Assembly: GCF_964355755.1 (NCBI RefSeq)
Contig: NC_092677.1
Span: 6,594,101 to 6,658,100 of the forward strand
DNA from: Antedon mediterranea
Lineage: Eukaryota > Animalia > Echinodermata
Direction: 5' to 3'
Length of the DNA: 64,000 nucleotides
Part shown: positions 38,942 through 51,691 of the stretch, piece after piece
Numbering within the stretch: the stretch's first letter is position 1
How the letters are laid out: each line of letters opens with the position of its first letter
The notes under the pieces: model-generated
Told to the model about the DNA's origin: nothing
Databases searched by the model: none
What the model saw: only the letters and a program-made list of their open reading frames with translations
Made by a program: the position numbers and the translations under genes

Positions 38942-39075
38942 CTCCATCAATGGACCTATAAATTAAATTTAATTTATAGGTCCATGCTCCATCATTACTT
39001 ATAATAAAATACAAAAATAACAAAACTAAGTTGTACCATGGACCTATAAATTAATTTATAGGTCCATAGTTGTAC
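38942..39075. other. Two related 38-bp and 32-bp palindromes, each with its own 7-bp direct flanks
   Basis: CTCCATC-aatggacctataaattaaatttaatttataggtccatg-CTCCATC and GTTGTAC-catggacctataaattaatttataggtccata-GTTGTAC. Confidence 0.7.
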
Positions 39076-39643
39076 AAATTAAGTAAAAACAAAACAAAAC
39101 AAAGTCATAAAGAGATACACCAATTAAAAATAAGCTGCATTGAATAAACAATAGAAACAATTACAACTTAATATTTTGAGATCAAATGTTTGGTGATTGT
39201 AATAAATGATTATTTATAAGAAATCAGTGTATTTTGCTTCTTTTTCGGAAGGCGAGCTCTGTCATATCAATCGTAGCATTTATCATTGTAAACAAATTGT
39301 ACATGAAAACAAAAGTAAATCAATTAGGCAGGATTCAACTTAATGTTATAACACAAAGAAATACCTTATATAAAATTTAAAAATACAGGCCTAACCCCTG
39401 CCTTAAATCGGTCACCTTATCGTGTACCTGAACTGACACAAAATGAAACATTTCGTCTTTAGGGTTATAAAATACTTACACCATTTTAAACAAAGCACTT
39501 TTACACTTTAATTGTTGTTTAGTTTTCTTTTATTTTAATTTGACAAGTCTTGCCAATCCTCTTCAAATGGTATGTCACTGATGAAGTATTGTGGTTTATT
39601 TTAACTTACATAATTTAAGCAAGAGAAATAAATTAGTTATTAA

Positions 39644-39926
39644 AGATGTATTGTCCCCCTGAAAAATAATTCTTTAAACAATTTTTGCTGAATATGCCAT
39701 TTTAATTAAACATAATAGTTATCCACTTTGACCAAAAAATGTATTTACCTAAACAAAATTAATTTAAAGCAAAAAATGATCAAATTGGCTGCCAGCCAAT
39801 GTGTGTTTGGTTGAATTTAACCATTTATTTTGTCATTTAAGTAAAATTAATTAATCATTATTATCATCATTATTCAAGGTCTGATTTCATTATTCTTTAT
39901 TTTTCATGTTTTTTAAATTTACATCT
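39644..39926. mobile_element. Kolobok-like MITE copy
   Basis: TTAA|agatgtattgtccccctgaaaaataat...acatct|TTAA, collinear with 13210-13549. Confidence 0.75.
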
Positions 39927-40947
39927 TTAAACATTTAATTGAAGCAAGGATGTTGTTAGATTGTCTTGATTGTAATAAATGATTATTGCCATGTTATTTT
40001 CTCAATTTGTTTTCATTTAATTATGTCAACTTTGTAGCGGGCGCTATTCATTTATTTATGAAAGCCGTTCTTTCTATTATATTATTAGTGAAGAAAAAGA
40101 AAAAAAAAACTTTCACTGTATTGAAATTAAACAGCGGGTTTCCACGGGAAGCGTTTACTCAACATCTGAATGGTGAATATCATTTTAATCAAATTAGTTG
40201 CAACATTGAGAAATCTCAAACTTATTTCGCCTTGCTTAATAGCATACTAATCAAAATCAAAATTAATTTACTTTTCTTTAAACTCGGTAATAAGAATATT
40301 TTACACACAATATCTGGCTATAATTGTGAGAAGATTACGTCGTTATATCCTCGTTATACAACGGCGCTTAGTGAAAACGAAAACAATATAATGGGATTGT
40401 GTTTAATGCAACTAAACTAAAGTAAAACTACTACACGTAGCCTATCTCTCTTGAACGTCCTGGTGCGTCACAAATCAAGGCGTGGATATAGGCCCCTAGT
40501 AATTGACGACACCACCATGTACCCAGTGTATTTCATTATTACATCTCCAAAAAAAATATATATTTGACAATATGTCAGAAAGGGAAAGTGAATTTCATGT
40601 CGGAACGATCAGGGACAAGATGGAAATAACGATATCCGAGTCGAATCATTGCTTTAAATGTCAAAATGCAATCCAAGACCGTTAAAACAAGATTATAACT
40701 CTTTATAATATTATGTTAATTATTTACATGAGTGTAACATAATGCTTAAATTGTTTAATTACGGTAATTGACTACGCAAAAAGAGCGAACCAACTAAAAC
40801 AACGGTCATTGCTTGATTTCTTTAGAAGGTCTATCAATTAAGGGACTGATGACTCACTTCCATTTTTAAAAGTCATATTTAGAATTCAGGGCTGTTTGAG
40901 ATGAGCAACCGAGAACTGAGTGCATAGTTTTACTTTAGTATATAACA

Positions 40948-43900
40948 ATGTCGTACTTGCTCCTATTTCTTGTGAGTTCAGTGGTTTTAGTCGTAGATCA
41001 ACGACTGGTAAATGGGCAGATGGGGGGTGGCCCTTCTGGCCCGGGCGCGGCGGGCCCACCGTCTTCAAAAACACGGATATTAATCCTAGGCGCTGGACCG
41101 TCTGGGCTCAAAGCAGCTCAAACTCTTGTAGATCAGGGTATGCATGATTTTTTAATCTTGGAAGGAGCTTCATATTATGGTGGCCGTGTGCGCGATATTC
41201 CGTTTGCTGGGGCTCAGGTTGAAGTCGGGGCAGATCGGGCTTTGCCGCTGGCGGAAGCGGTAGAAAGTGCGGCGATCGGACTTCTTCGAACGCATCGTCC
41301 AAATTGGGAATCGATGAATGTCGTAGATGCATCAGGACGTAATCTAAACCGAGCGGCACTTCCAGTCTGGACACAGGTATGCTAACTGTTCATAAATTAT
41401 TTGTTTTAATTATTAATTTAATCATAATGTTTTATATTACACGGGCTTTTATTTAATATTAATAAAGTTCAATGTAATACTGTATAGCGCAAAATGTTGG
41501 GTTCCTAACAGTCAACAAAAATGAGAAAAATATGAAAATCAAAAAGGTAAATGTGTAATGATGAAAGTGAAAATTAAAAAGGTGGGTTTTGGAGAGTTGT
41601 TCAGCTTTCCTGACTGATTGAGTTAAGAAGGAAGTTGATAGTAGCAGACATGGAAAAGGCACGTTCCATACAACTTGAAGGTCGTGAATATAGGCCTTTA
41701 GTAAAACCTCCGATGATGACCTCAAAATACTTTTTTTTTCGGAGAAATGATACATATATTAAATATTGGAGCCATGTTAGGATGTAATGTACATCACTCT
41801 TTTCTCAACTGCCAACCAATTTAGCTGCTCCATTTCTGGTGTAATAATGCTGTCATGTTGGGATTTAAAGAATCAGTGGGCACGCTTGGCCTTAGTGATA
41901 GCAGTAGTTGCAAGCCCACAAAGGAGGTGATTGCACGAAGCTTGTCTGGATGAAACAAGTTCATTGACTAATGTTCCCGACGACTTTGCGTTCAGTTAAA
42001 TGTCCAATCTTGCGGTTGAAATTCATTGCAGATTTGCACACTTTGTCCACAGGAGCAGACAAATTTAAGACAGAGTTAACTTAAGATTTCGAGGTGATGG
42101 TCTATGATCAAAGAGTTGCCAATGTTTACAGGTGTCCAATCTTCAGGTCTATGACGACATGTAAAATAAATCAATTTAGTCTTGGCATCATTCAGTATTC
42201 AAGTATGTTGTGTGTACAGTATGATTTCACCAATACCGAAGTTCCAAGCTTTCTCACACAGCCTCTTGCAATGTAAAACTGAGTGGTTGATTCAGCATAG
42301 ACCATGCTGCATACCATAGAAGGTTCACGAAAGTGCGCGCATAACCAATTACGACTGAGAGGAGAGGACAACCCAAATGTGTTGCGTCACAGGCCTATTA
42401 CGAGTACAGTAGGTAGGATTGGCCAACAAAAGTGCGCGCTTAACTCAATTAGGACTGAGGAGGGGACAACCCAAATGTGTTGCTTCACAGGCATATTTAT
42501 TGGTAAATTGACAATGGTGATGATGTTAGGCAGTCTTATGTTTAGCGTGACAGGGCATATGGTGTTAATTCAGCTCCTGTAAGCATCTATAGTACTTGAC
42601 ATTTAGTACGTGTTAAATTAACTAGCTGTAGAATGTTTTTATATTGTTTCTTGGAAAGCACAGACAGTGATAAGCAGCATAGTTTCAATCGGCTGATATT
42701 AATGAATAACCATAGTTATGTATGTTGAATGACATAACTCTAGGTGGGATCTTCAGATAACATCCATGTTATCCTATGCTTTATCCATTGGTCAATTGTT
42801 TCTTTATAAATGCATTAATTGATTTTAATTGAACTAATTTAACGTGTAAATTCAGTTCAATTTATTTTATTATTTTACTGTATGTTCACAAAATAAATAA
42901 CCTATGTAGATCTTATGCATACAGCACAATCAATTTATTTACAACGTAGAGTCTGCTATAAGAGAATACATTTACATTTACATACACAGGAAAAACTGTC
43001 GTGCTTCTCCGCATTTAGAAGTTGTTTACACTTTAAATTAATTCGCATGTACTCATAAAAAGTTGGAACGCCATGTTCGACAAACAGCATACACGTTACA
43101 GTTTATAGAAAAAAATGGTGCCGAAAGCATTATGATAAAAAAATACATTTAGAGATCTAATATTCAAACTCCACATTGTAGCACTTTTAACACTACAAAC
43201 AATCGTTATGTTATAGGCCTAAATAAAATGTAGCATATTTCACTGTAGCATAATATGTCAGTGATCGATTCGTAGGCGGACTTCACACCTAAGAACAAGA
43301 TCATCACCGGAAACAAATGGACAAGACAAGTCATGGCTTACTTGATACTCTGGAAATGGTACTGTAGTTAAAGTAAATCAGTATAGTTGTATATTATTTA
43401 TATCACCCGAAAAAATAGTCAATATTTTACAGTTTTAGATACTCTACAGTATACATATCAAATATCAAAAACCTTTTTCATATATTTAATATAAACTTTT
43501 AATCTACCCATCGGGGTGAATAAACATCGCAAACTGTGAGCTCCTTCGACTCCAACCTTATTATCTTTTTTGTTATATTAATACCATAATATAATTAATT
43601 ATTCAATGAATGATAGATGACAAATTGATTTATGTTATAATCGTATTTAAATGTTGTGAATGTCGTAAATTTTAATTAATTAACATAAATGTTCATCTTT
43701 CTGTTTCAAACAGTTTTGTTAATACTTTGATGATGATGAATTAAAGTAGATGATTGGCCCATGAAACTTACCGGGTTAATAACAAGCTGATAATCACAGA
43801 CTCACAAAGACAGATAGGCCTACTATTTCTAAAGTAAACATAGGCCTATAGAATTTTCGACTTATTCAAAGTATTCAGTTATATATAAAATAATTACACA

Positions 43901-46476
43901 GATAAAATTGATCATGACTTAGGGATTTTAGTCTCTATTTAATTGGCAAAAAAGCGAAAGTTTTCGAAATTTTCTAACTGTATTATTTCCTCATCGCTAG
44001 AGTCTATGGTAATGTTGATGCAACGTCACTTCCGTTGACTAAAGCGATGTCCCCGAGGGTGAGTTTGTTAGGCAGAAAACCCTGGGTAGGAAGTGATGTC
44101 ATAGTTTAGACTGAGGAGACCCCTGTAACGGAAAGGGCTTTCTTCAAATCTAAGGTATGGCTACCTGTAGAAAGTTTGTGAAAAAATGTTAATATTCCGA
44201 ACAGATGCCCGGAAACTCTAAAATTATTGACAAATGATTTTTACCACTGACTTTATCAAACCAGTCAGCGGACTATCCCGGCTTGCGAATAATTATGCTA
44301 ATCTACTTACTGTTTGAATCAGCATTAGTCATTCCATGTTGAATAAGTCATTCCAAACGTTGATGTCAAGTACCATACATAGGCCTATGTGGTTCTTGGT
44401 TAAACAACGATGAAGTATTTTTCTTTCATGCGCTTGGATGTATCCCTCCCATCTTTCTGTTTTGTCAATTTCTTTGTTTACCGTATTTCAAATTTTAACC
44501 TTATGACAACAAGTTACCATTGTCAACGTCATCTTAATTCTTTTAGGCAGGTCGTGCTGTTCGTAATGGGTTAAATGTAGCGGAGGAGTTGTGGGAATCC
44601 CACGACACGGATATGTCAGTCAGAGACGCCTACCGAACCATCGGGTGGCTACCAACGACTGCTCTAGAGAAGACGATTGAGTGGGCCTATAACGACTATT
44701 GGCTAGGAGATCGACCAAGTGTACGTTTGTTTGTATTACTACTATATTACTCAATATAATTAGCCACATATTAAAGTATAAATTGTTAACCCTCCTATTA
44801 AAAGTATAAATAAGCCAAGAAATATTAATTAGTTTTACCACATAAACATTAAGAATCTGTGTATTAATAAAAAATGTTTTATTATGATTCTATAGCCAGT
44901 AAATTTCTATCGCTAGAGTGTAATAATTGTCATTTATTTCCTCCTCAGTATGCATCGTTAATGTCACATGCGTTCGACACACCAGAGTGGGTGAAACGTG
45001 GACCGGGAGCCAGAAGGCCTGCTTACGTCACTGACCAGCGCGGTTTCAAACACTTCTTTGAAGCTAATATGCTCTTCCTGAAAAGCCCAACACATAAGTA
45101 CGTTTTGACTATTTTTCTTTTTAGTGATGGATGCTAGTTGGAAAAAAATAATTATTTACAAAACAAACATTTGCTTTGATATACTAGTGGACTTTTTTTT
45201 AAAGAAAGACCATTATTCCTAAATATTTATTATAAGGTTACGCCAGTAATGCCTGATTTCTCACGTAATGTATTTTACAATTTTAATACCATCAGAGCAA
45301 AGATCCTTTTGAATAAAAACATCACCCAAATCAACAACAACGCTATGGACGTTCAAGTGACGTGTGCAGACGGCTCAGTATATACAGCCGATTATGCTAT
45401 ATCTACGTTCAGTGTTGGTGTTCTGCAAAACAACGTTGTAAAGTTTACTCCTGGATTGCCCGGATGGAAAGTGAGAGAGTACAACAGGTATACCATGGGA
45501 GCGCATACAAAGATTTTGATGCAGTTTCCTTCAAAATTCTGGGGTAATACGGAGTTCTTATTACGAGCAACTGACCGAAAAGGGCATTATCCATTCTTCA
45601 CCGATCTTGGATCAAAAGGTAGGCTATGATATGACGACCACATATGACTGTGCCTCTATTTAGACATCATCTTGCCGTTTTGCTTACGAAAAAGTTTATC
45701 AAAAAAAATCAATTCTATCAACCTCATCCATCCAAGGTAGGCCTTTAAGCTTGGGTTCTAGTTCGAGCGAACGCATTTATTGTTAATTAATTGCGCCTAC
45801 ACCATCTTCTTGTGTTGTGCCGTAGTTTCCGAATCCAATCAAAATCCAAAGCGTGTTGGGACCGATCCCAAACGGTGTGGGATCGATAGACGCTTTAGCT
45901 TCTCTTGATGATTTTCTTAACAATTACAGTATTTATAAATATTATTAAATTATCTTCGTAGGCATTTACAGTCGTAATGTGCACGTTTTGATGGCAGAAG
46001 TAACAGGCGACGAAGCGAGGAGGATTGATCGTCAGCCGCGTTCGGTTATCAGAAACGAAATGATGGCCGTACTTCGTGGAATGTTTGGACCAAGAGTACC
46101 AGATCCTATTTCATTCCATGTAACAGACTGGAACTCTAACTCACTAACGATGGGAGCAAGATGCGTATTTGGCCCATCACTTAACAGCAAATGCTTTCAG
46201 AGGATTCAGTCAAAAGTAGGAAGGGTACTTTTTGCTGGCGAACATACAAGTCTGCGGTTCAGCTCTCACGTTCAAGGGGCTCTAGAAAGTGGTGCTCGTG
46301 AAGCAAGGAAGGCCGTAGACTGTCTCAACGGAGGAGCGTGCACTGAATGGGTCGAAGGTCATCAGTGTGCTTGTACCGGGAGTGCGCCTGCGTTTAGTAC
46401 GAACTCGGCATCAAACTTACAATTAACCGGCGCTTTACTTTTTGCAACCATTATATTTGCATTTTTTAATTTCTGA
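40948..46476 (+). CDS. Flavin-containing amine oxidase, plant/fungal-type polyamine oxidase-like, about 529 aa, signal peptide plus putative GPI signal. Exons 40948-41376, 44547-44720, 44949-45097, 45296-45618, 45962-46476
   Basis: All four introns are GT-AG and the frame is preserved (429+174+149+323+515=1590 nt). FAD-binding motif ILGAGPSGLKAA...LILEG...GGRV is present. Downstream motifs VTDQRGF, GVLQ...FTPGLPGWK, TKILMQFPSKFW and GRVLFAGEHTS...GALESG are collinear with maize PAO. Hydrophobic N-terminus and hydrophobic C-terminal tail. Confidence 0.9.
41460..42300 (-). mobile_element. Decayed L2 LINE 3' region in oxidase intron 1
   Basis: Frameshifted minus-strand fragments IITPEMEQLNWLAVEKRVMY (cf. 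HITPxLxxLHWLPVxxRI) and ...SKTHLF (cf. LKTHLF). The 5' boundary is uncertain. Confidence 0.6.
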
Positions 46477-49177
46477 TTTGCCGAAATTCGATACACTTTT
46501 ACTGTGCTTTATGGTAAAACTATAATTTAGTGGGTATAACTATGTCCATATAGATAAGCTATTATATATATATCGTCATCGGATTAGTTTATTTTGCTAA
46601 AAAATATATTAATTAAATGCTATGTGTTAATTTAAACATTTCCAATATTATGCAGACGTTCTCACAACTTTATTACCGATAGTTACACAAAAAAAAGTTT
46701 TATTTTGTAAGAAATATTGTTATACGCATCACTTGCGTCACCAGGTGCGAGTCCTAATTAGCATACTATGTTTCATTTGTGGAAATCGTTTTCATTTCAA
46801 TAGATTCCTTTATAGTAACGTTTTCGTTTACTAACAAATGGCTTGAATTTGTACCAGTAACCATGTTTAGTACTTACTTAACTGGATTATATTACGTTAT
46901 TATTACTTTTTCTTTTGACATTTTTTTGGAAATTGGAATTATTAGGCCTACACGTACACATAGTGGTAAGTTCATATTTATTTGTATACTAGTGTTTCAA
47001 AATAGCGTTCTGCATATATTCGTTCGACACGGTGTAAGTTAGCTTAACATTTCGTCTATCATAAATGTACCAGGTTTTTCTAGTAACTGTAATGTTACAA
47101 GGTCTGTACAGTGCATAAAGGTTAAGAGAACATCTATTTAGCTACAGAAACTAAAGTTTACGCCATACGGGGAGCTTTTAAGCACATAGTGCTTTGCCTC
47201 AACAAGTAAACCAATAGACTTGCCCCATGTCTGAAAACTACGAATATTTGAGCGTATTATACGTATGAAACGCCACATGTGTCAACATATTTATCTTTTT
47301 ACTAATTTCGGTCTATAACCTAAAATCATGTAAGAAACAAGATAAATCTCTCGGTCAAAATTTCCCGGAAATAACAGAGGTTGCCTCTAACGCCACCAAA
47401 CCTACGTATATTTTGTCACCTGAATCTAATGTAGAATTACAAATCGAGTGAGGAATTTACCAAAATCCCCGCATATCCACAACAACATGACGTACCTTGG
47501 TTGTCGCAAACCGAACGTTCCCTATAACCAACGGGTGATTTTCAACCTGCTTATCTTAAACAATTGACTAAAACTTAGCTAAGATTAAATATTACATTAA
47601 TTATGCATTCTTGAATAAATAGATATTCAAGATTTAGTCTTGCTTACGTCTAATTTTGTGGAAAAAGAATGGCTGCTGTAATTTTTATTTAAATAAATGC
47701 TATTTTTTTTCAAAAGCTTTTGTGTTATTTTTGCGTATAAAGGAATGCTGACGGTTGTTGCAGATTTGTCCATATCTCCACCCCTCTTTCACCATTAGTA
47801 GGCCGGCTATATTATACCGTTAACGTGCATAATCAAAGGCGTTCCTGCTGCTGAGTCTCTAACCAGTTAGAGGCCTCATGGTAAAATGGCTAGTATATAG
47901 GCTTACTGATGATTGCGTGGATACTGCATTCGAAATAACTAACTTATTGAGGTTATAGAAAAAGTACTGCGTCTTACTGAAATACGGCATATAAAAAGCA
48001 TTAACCCTAAGCCCATATCACATGCAAATAAGCGAATCGAAAATTCTCCTTATACTAATTTGTGGCAATGGATATCCTACAACGACGTAGTGCAAGTACG
48101 AGTGGTCCATCGCGTAGAGAGAAAACCAATAATGTGCAAGCAACATTTCGCCCGAGGGTATCTACCACTTTAATTTAGAGGTAGGCATACCCGCTTAATA
48201 AAGAGCACTGAACTCCACGATAATCTATTAATACGGTAGCGTGGCTATTTAATTTTTATTGGAACTTGTACCAAGAGCACTTCTGAAATAATAATGTTCA
48301 AATTGAAAATTATGCATTTTTATAGTAAATCGAAAAAATAAATAAAACTTTAGTTTGCAAATTTGAGCAAACTCATCCGAGTTTGGCAAGAAAAGTTGAT
48401 AAACCACGTCAAGTTTTGAGAAGTTAGGCCAAACATGAATTCTTGGCAAACTATTTTGCCGAGGTTTTGTGAAAAGACAATCAATAGCCTGACAGTCATG
48501 TGGCAAAATAACAACCACCCTGAAAGTGACTGTAGACATACATACACTATATACTGGGCTTCATCATATATGGCTCTGTGTCTCAGGACGTTAAGCTTCG
48601 TAGGTAGGTTATCTAACAACGATTACAACATGTATTGAATACAACAATAGTTATAACCATCAGTGTACCATTATTAATAAACACTAAAATATAATACTTT
48701 GAAACTATGGCAGTTAAAGTAATAGGAGCCAATGCACCAGCATAACATTATCCAATGGTATTTACTGGTATTTATTGCTCGCTCATTGAAAGTGCTACAA
48801 TTTTTTTTTAAATACGTGGTGGTATAACTAACAAGGCATTGTAAAAACACATTCTGTTAAACATTCTTTAAAACATTTAAAATTAATAAATACATTAATG
48901 CATCATTATTTGTGCGTTGCTTTTTGATGCTTCAACAATAGTTTTTTTTTTAAACAGGAAGATTAGCACTATATTTCATATTATATTTACTGGTCGGTAT
49001 GATATTTCATCAATAAAAGTAATCTAGAGAAGAGTGGTATTAAAATAGATTTTCTAAATGACAGTTCAATAGACTGACATCTAGCATCAAGTTAACCCGA
49101 AGCTGTCCATAGTTCCTATTTGTAAAATTAAAACAAACTATATTCTACATTGATGAAATTAAGAGAAAAGATTGAAC

Positions 49178-51691
49178 ATGGATGTCATTCTGAATACTTG
49201 TGATCGGTATTTTTTCACTCCTTATATCTATCCTGTTGACTGGGCTGAAGACAACATCATCAGACAATCATTTAGTTTATACGTATTTGTGGTATTCGTT
49301 TTCTTTTTAGCATATCTGTCGACGGCTACTTTATTCTATTTTTTTCTTTATGATAAACGACTCATGCAGCACCCACAATATTTAAAGGTAAAGTAAACGT
49401 TTTTTTATTTAGTTGCACACTTTTTACCATGGAGGTATGAAATAAATTATTTTATACCTTCATGCTTAAACACACAGCACTTTTCCCTGGTCGCAACCAT
49501 ACACCGTACAACAACCAGTTCAGTATTTTTTATTAGACAACATAATATAAAGATGTATGATGAAAAAATTAAATTTTTACATTTTTTCAAACGGATTCAC
49601 TTCCATAGAAACAAAAAAAAACTAACTAAATGACTAGTTTCAACCAAAAAGGAAGACAATTTGCCTTTTTTTTGCTTTAAAGTTTTTCAAGTAGATAATA
49701 TTTTCCAATCCAATTTTTTATCCCAAAAAATTTACATTATGTGACACAAAAAAATGTTTAATTGTTTTTTTAGAGGTACAATCTTTAATAGATATGTTCT
49801 CTGAAGAATAGATAGGCCTATTATATTATATTATATTAATTTATTTTTGTATATTTCATAATGTATGTATTTAAGTAATAAGTAAATCATCAAAGTGGAT
49901 GAAAGTTTCAACAAAAATGTGGGAGTTCGTTACAAAGAGAGGATTAAAAAAGTCTAACCTTAAAGATATATTGTTCCCGAAAAACATTAAAAAATGAAGA
50001 TTAATTTGTAGAAAAAACTTCAATAATATTAACTTCCGTAGAATTTTTTTTCCCGTAGAAATTGTGTTTTCACCTATTAAATTCAACCAAAAACATATTG
50101 ACTTTCTGTCAATTTGACTATATTTTTTTGCTTTAAATTACATTTTTTTTATTTAAATAGACATTTTTTGCTCGATCCATTGTTTGGTCTTTTGTTCGAT
50201 CCAATGTTTGGTCAAAGTGAATAACTATATATTGTGGCATTAAAATGGCATAATAAACAATAAACATGTTACATTTTTTCAGGGGACAATACATCTTTAA
50301 GCCTACTGTATATTCTTATTATTAATACATCCTAATGTATACTATTACCTATAGGCCTAGTATAAAATATTATGGTTATGTGTTTTGTTGCGCTATTGAT
50401 TTGTGAATAATAAATATATAATCTATATTAATCTAATAATAATAATTATTATTATTCATATCTCTATTAGAATCAAATAAGTCTTGAAATCAAATGTGCG
50501 ATGAAATCACCGCTCTTTGGCGTACCACTTTTCCTTCCGTTTTTTGTTGGTGAAATCCGAGGTTTTTCAAAACTATACGATAATGTCACCGACTACGGTA
50601 AGTTGCTTTGAATAAATAAATGTGTACAATGTAACCATAAGTTTGGTTCACATCGGACACAACGAAAAAGGACGCAGACGCAACGCATTGACGAACAGCG
50701 AGGTAAGAACCTTGCGTGTCACAAGTGGGAACCGAAAACCTTTTTCTGCCTTTCATACGACGCAACAATCTGAAAAGCTTGGTTCCTACTAGGACGCAAC
50801 GCAAGGACGTAAACGCAACGCAAGCGAGTTGACTAATGACAAGCGACAGTTCATATAATTCATGTGATTGGCCAACTCAACTTAGGCCTACGTTGCTTCT
50901 ACGTCTTTGTGTCGCGTCCTTGTTAGAACCAAGCTTAATAGGGGATGCGAAACAGTTACGGTACATTGCAATAATATTGCGTTGCGGCGGAAGTTGTTGT
51001 TTTTTCTATAACTTAAACATTTTTTCGTGCGATATCGCGTATTTTTCCTCTTGAGCCTAAATTTATAGTTTTTCTTTCAAATTTATAAACCACAAGAGCT
51101 AAATAAGTAATTACAATTCGTGTTCGATATGAAATAATGACAATGAGTAACTACCATCCGCAGTACCTGCTATTATAACTTACAATTTACTTACTCTTTT
51201 CAGGGGGATGGCCATTTATTGCTTTGAGTGTCGTATCTTTTGTGATGGTGACGGATTTTCTGGTGTATTTAGCTCATCGTGGATTGCACCACCCATTAGT
51301 GTATAGGAGCGTGCACAAGGTACACCACGCCTGGAAGATACCAACACCGTTCTCAAGTATAGCAATGCATCCTGTTGATGCCTGGATGCAGGGACTACCT
51401 TATCATATCTACCCTTACCTGTTCCCTATTAACAAGTACCTCCACTTGGGTTTGTTCTTAATGGTCAATGTTTGGGCCGTTAGCATACATGACGGTTACT
51501 TTATGGTACCTGATAGCCTGAAACCAATGATTAACGGGGCAGCACACCATACCGATCATCATTTGTACTTTAATTATAATTATGGTCAGTATTTTACTCT
51601 CTGGGATCGTATTTTTGGCTCATTTAGAGACCCAACTGCTTATGAAGGAAAGTCGCCATTGGATGAGGTAATAAAGAATAATAGTAAATAA
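49178..51691 (+). CDS. SC5D: Sterol C5-desaturase (lathosterol oxidase), about 274 aa. Exons 49178-49387, 50471-50597, 51204-51691
   Basis: N-terminus MDVILNTCDRYFFTPYIYPVDWAEDNIIRQ closely resembles vertebrate SC5D. Three His boxes (HRGLH, HKVHH, HHTDHH) and FNYNYGQYFTLWDRIFGSF are intact. GT-AG introns, in frame (210+127+488=825 nt). Confidence 0.93.
50776..50936. mobile_element. MITE family A copy in SC5D intron 2
   Basis: agcttggttcctactaggacgcaacg...ttagaaccaagct terminal inverted repeats. Confidence 0.75.

Noticed and set aside
39986-40420. 144-aa ORF upstream of the oxidase
   Set aside because: TTG start, poly-A-derived Lys run, AT-rich composition and no recognisable motif.
49172-49177. 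TTG start for SC5D given by the ORF track (similarly the GTG/TTG starts at 45979 and 51224)
   Set aside because: Eukaryotic gene: ATG 49178 matches the known N-terminus, and the other ORFs are internal exons opened by splice acceptors.
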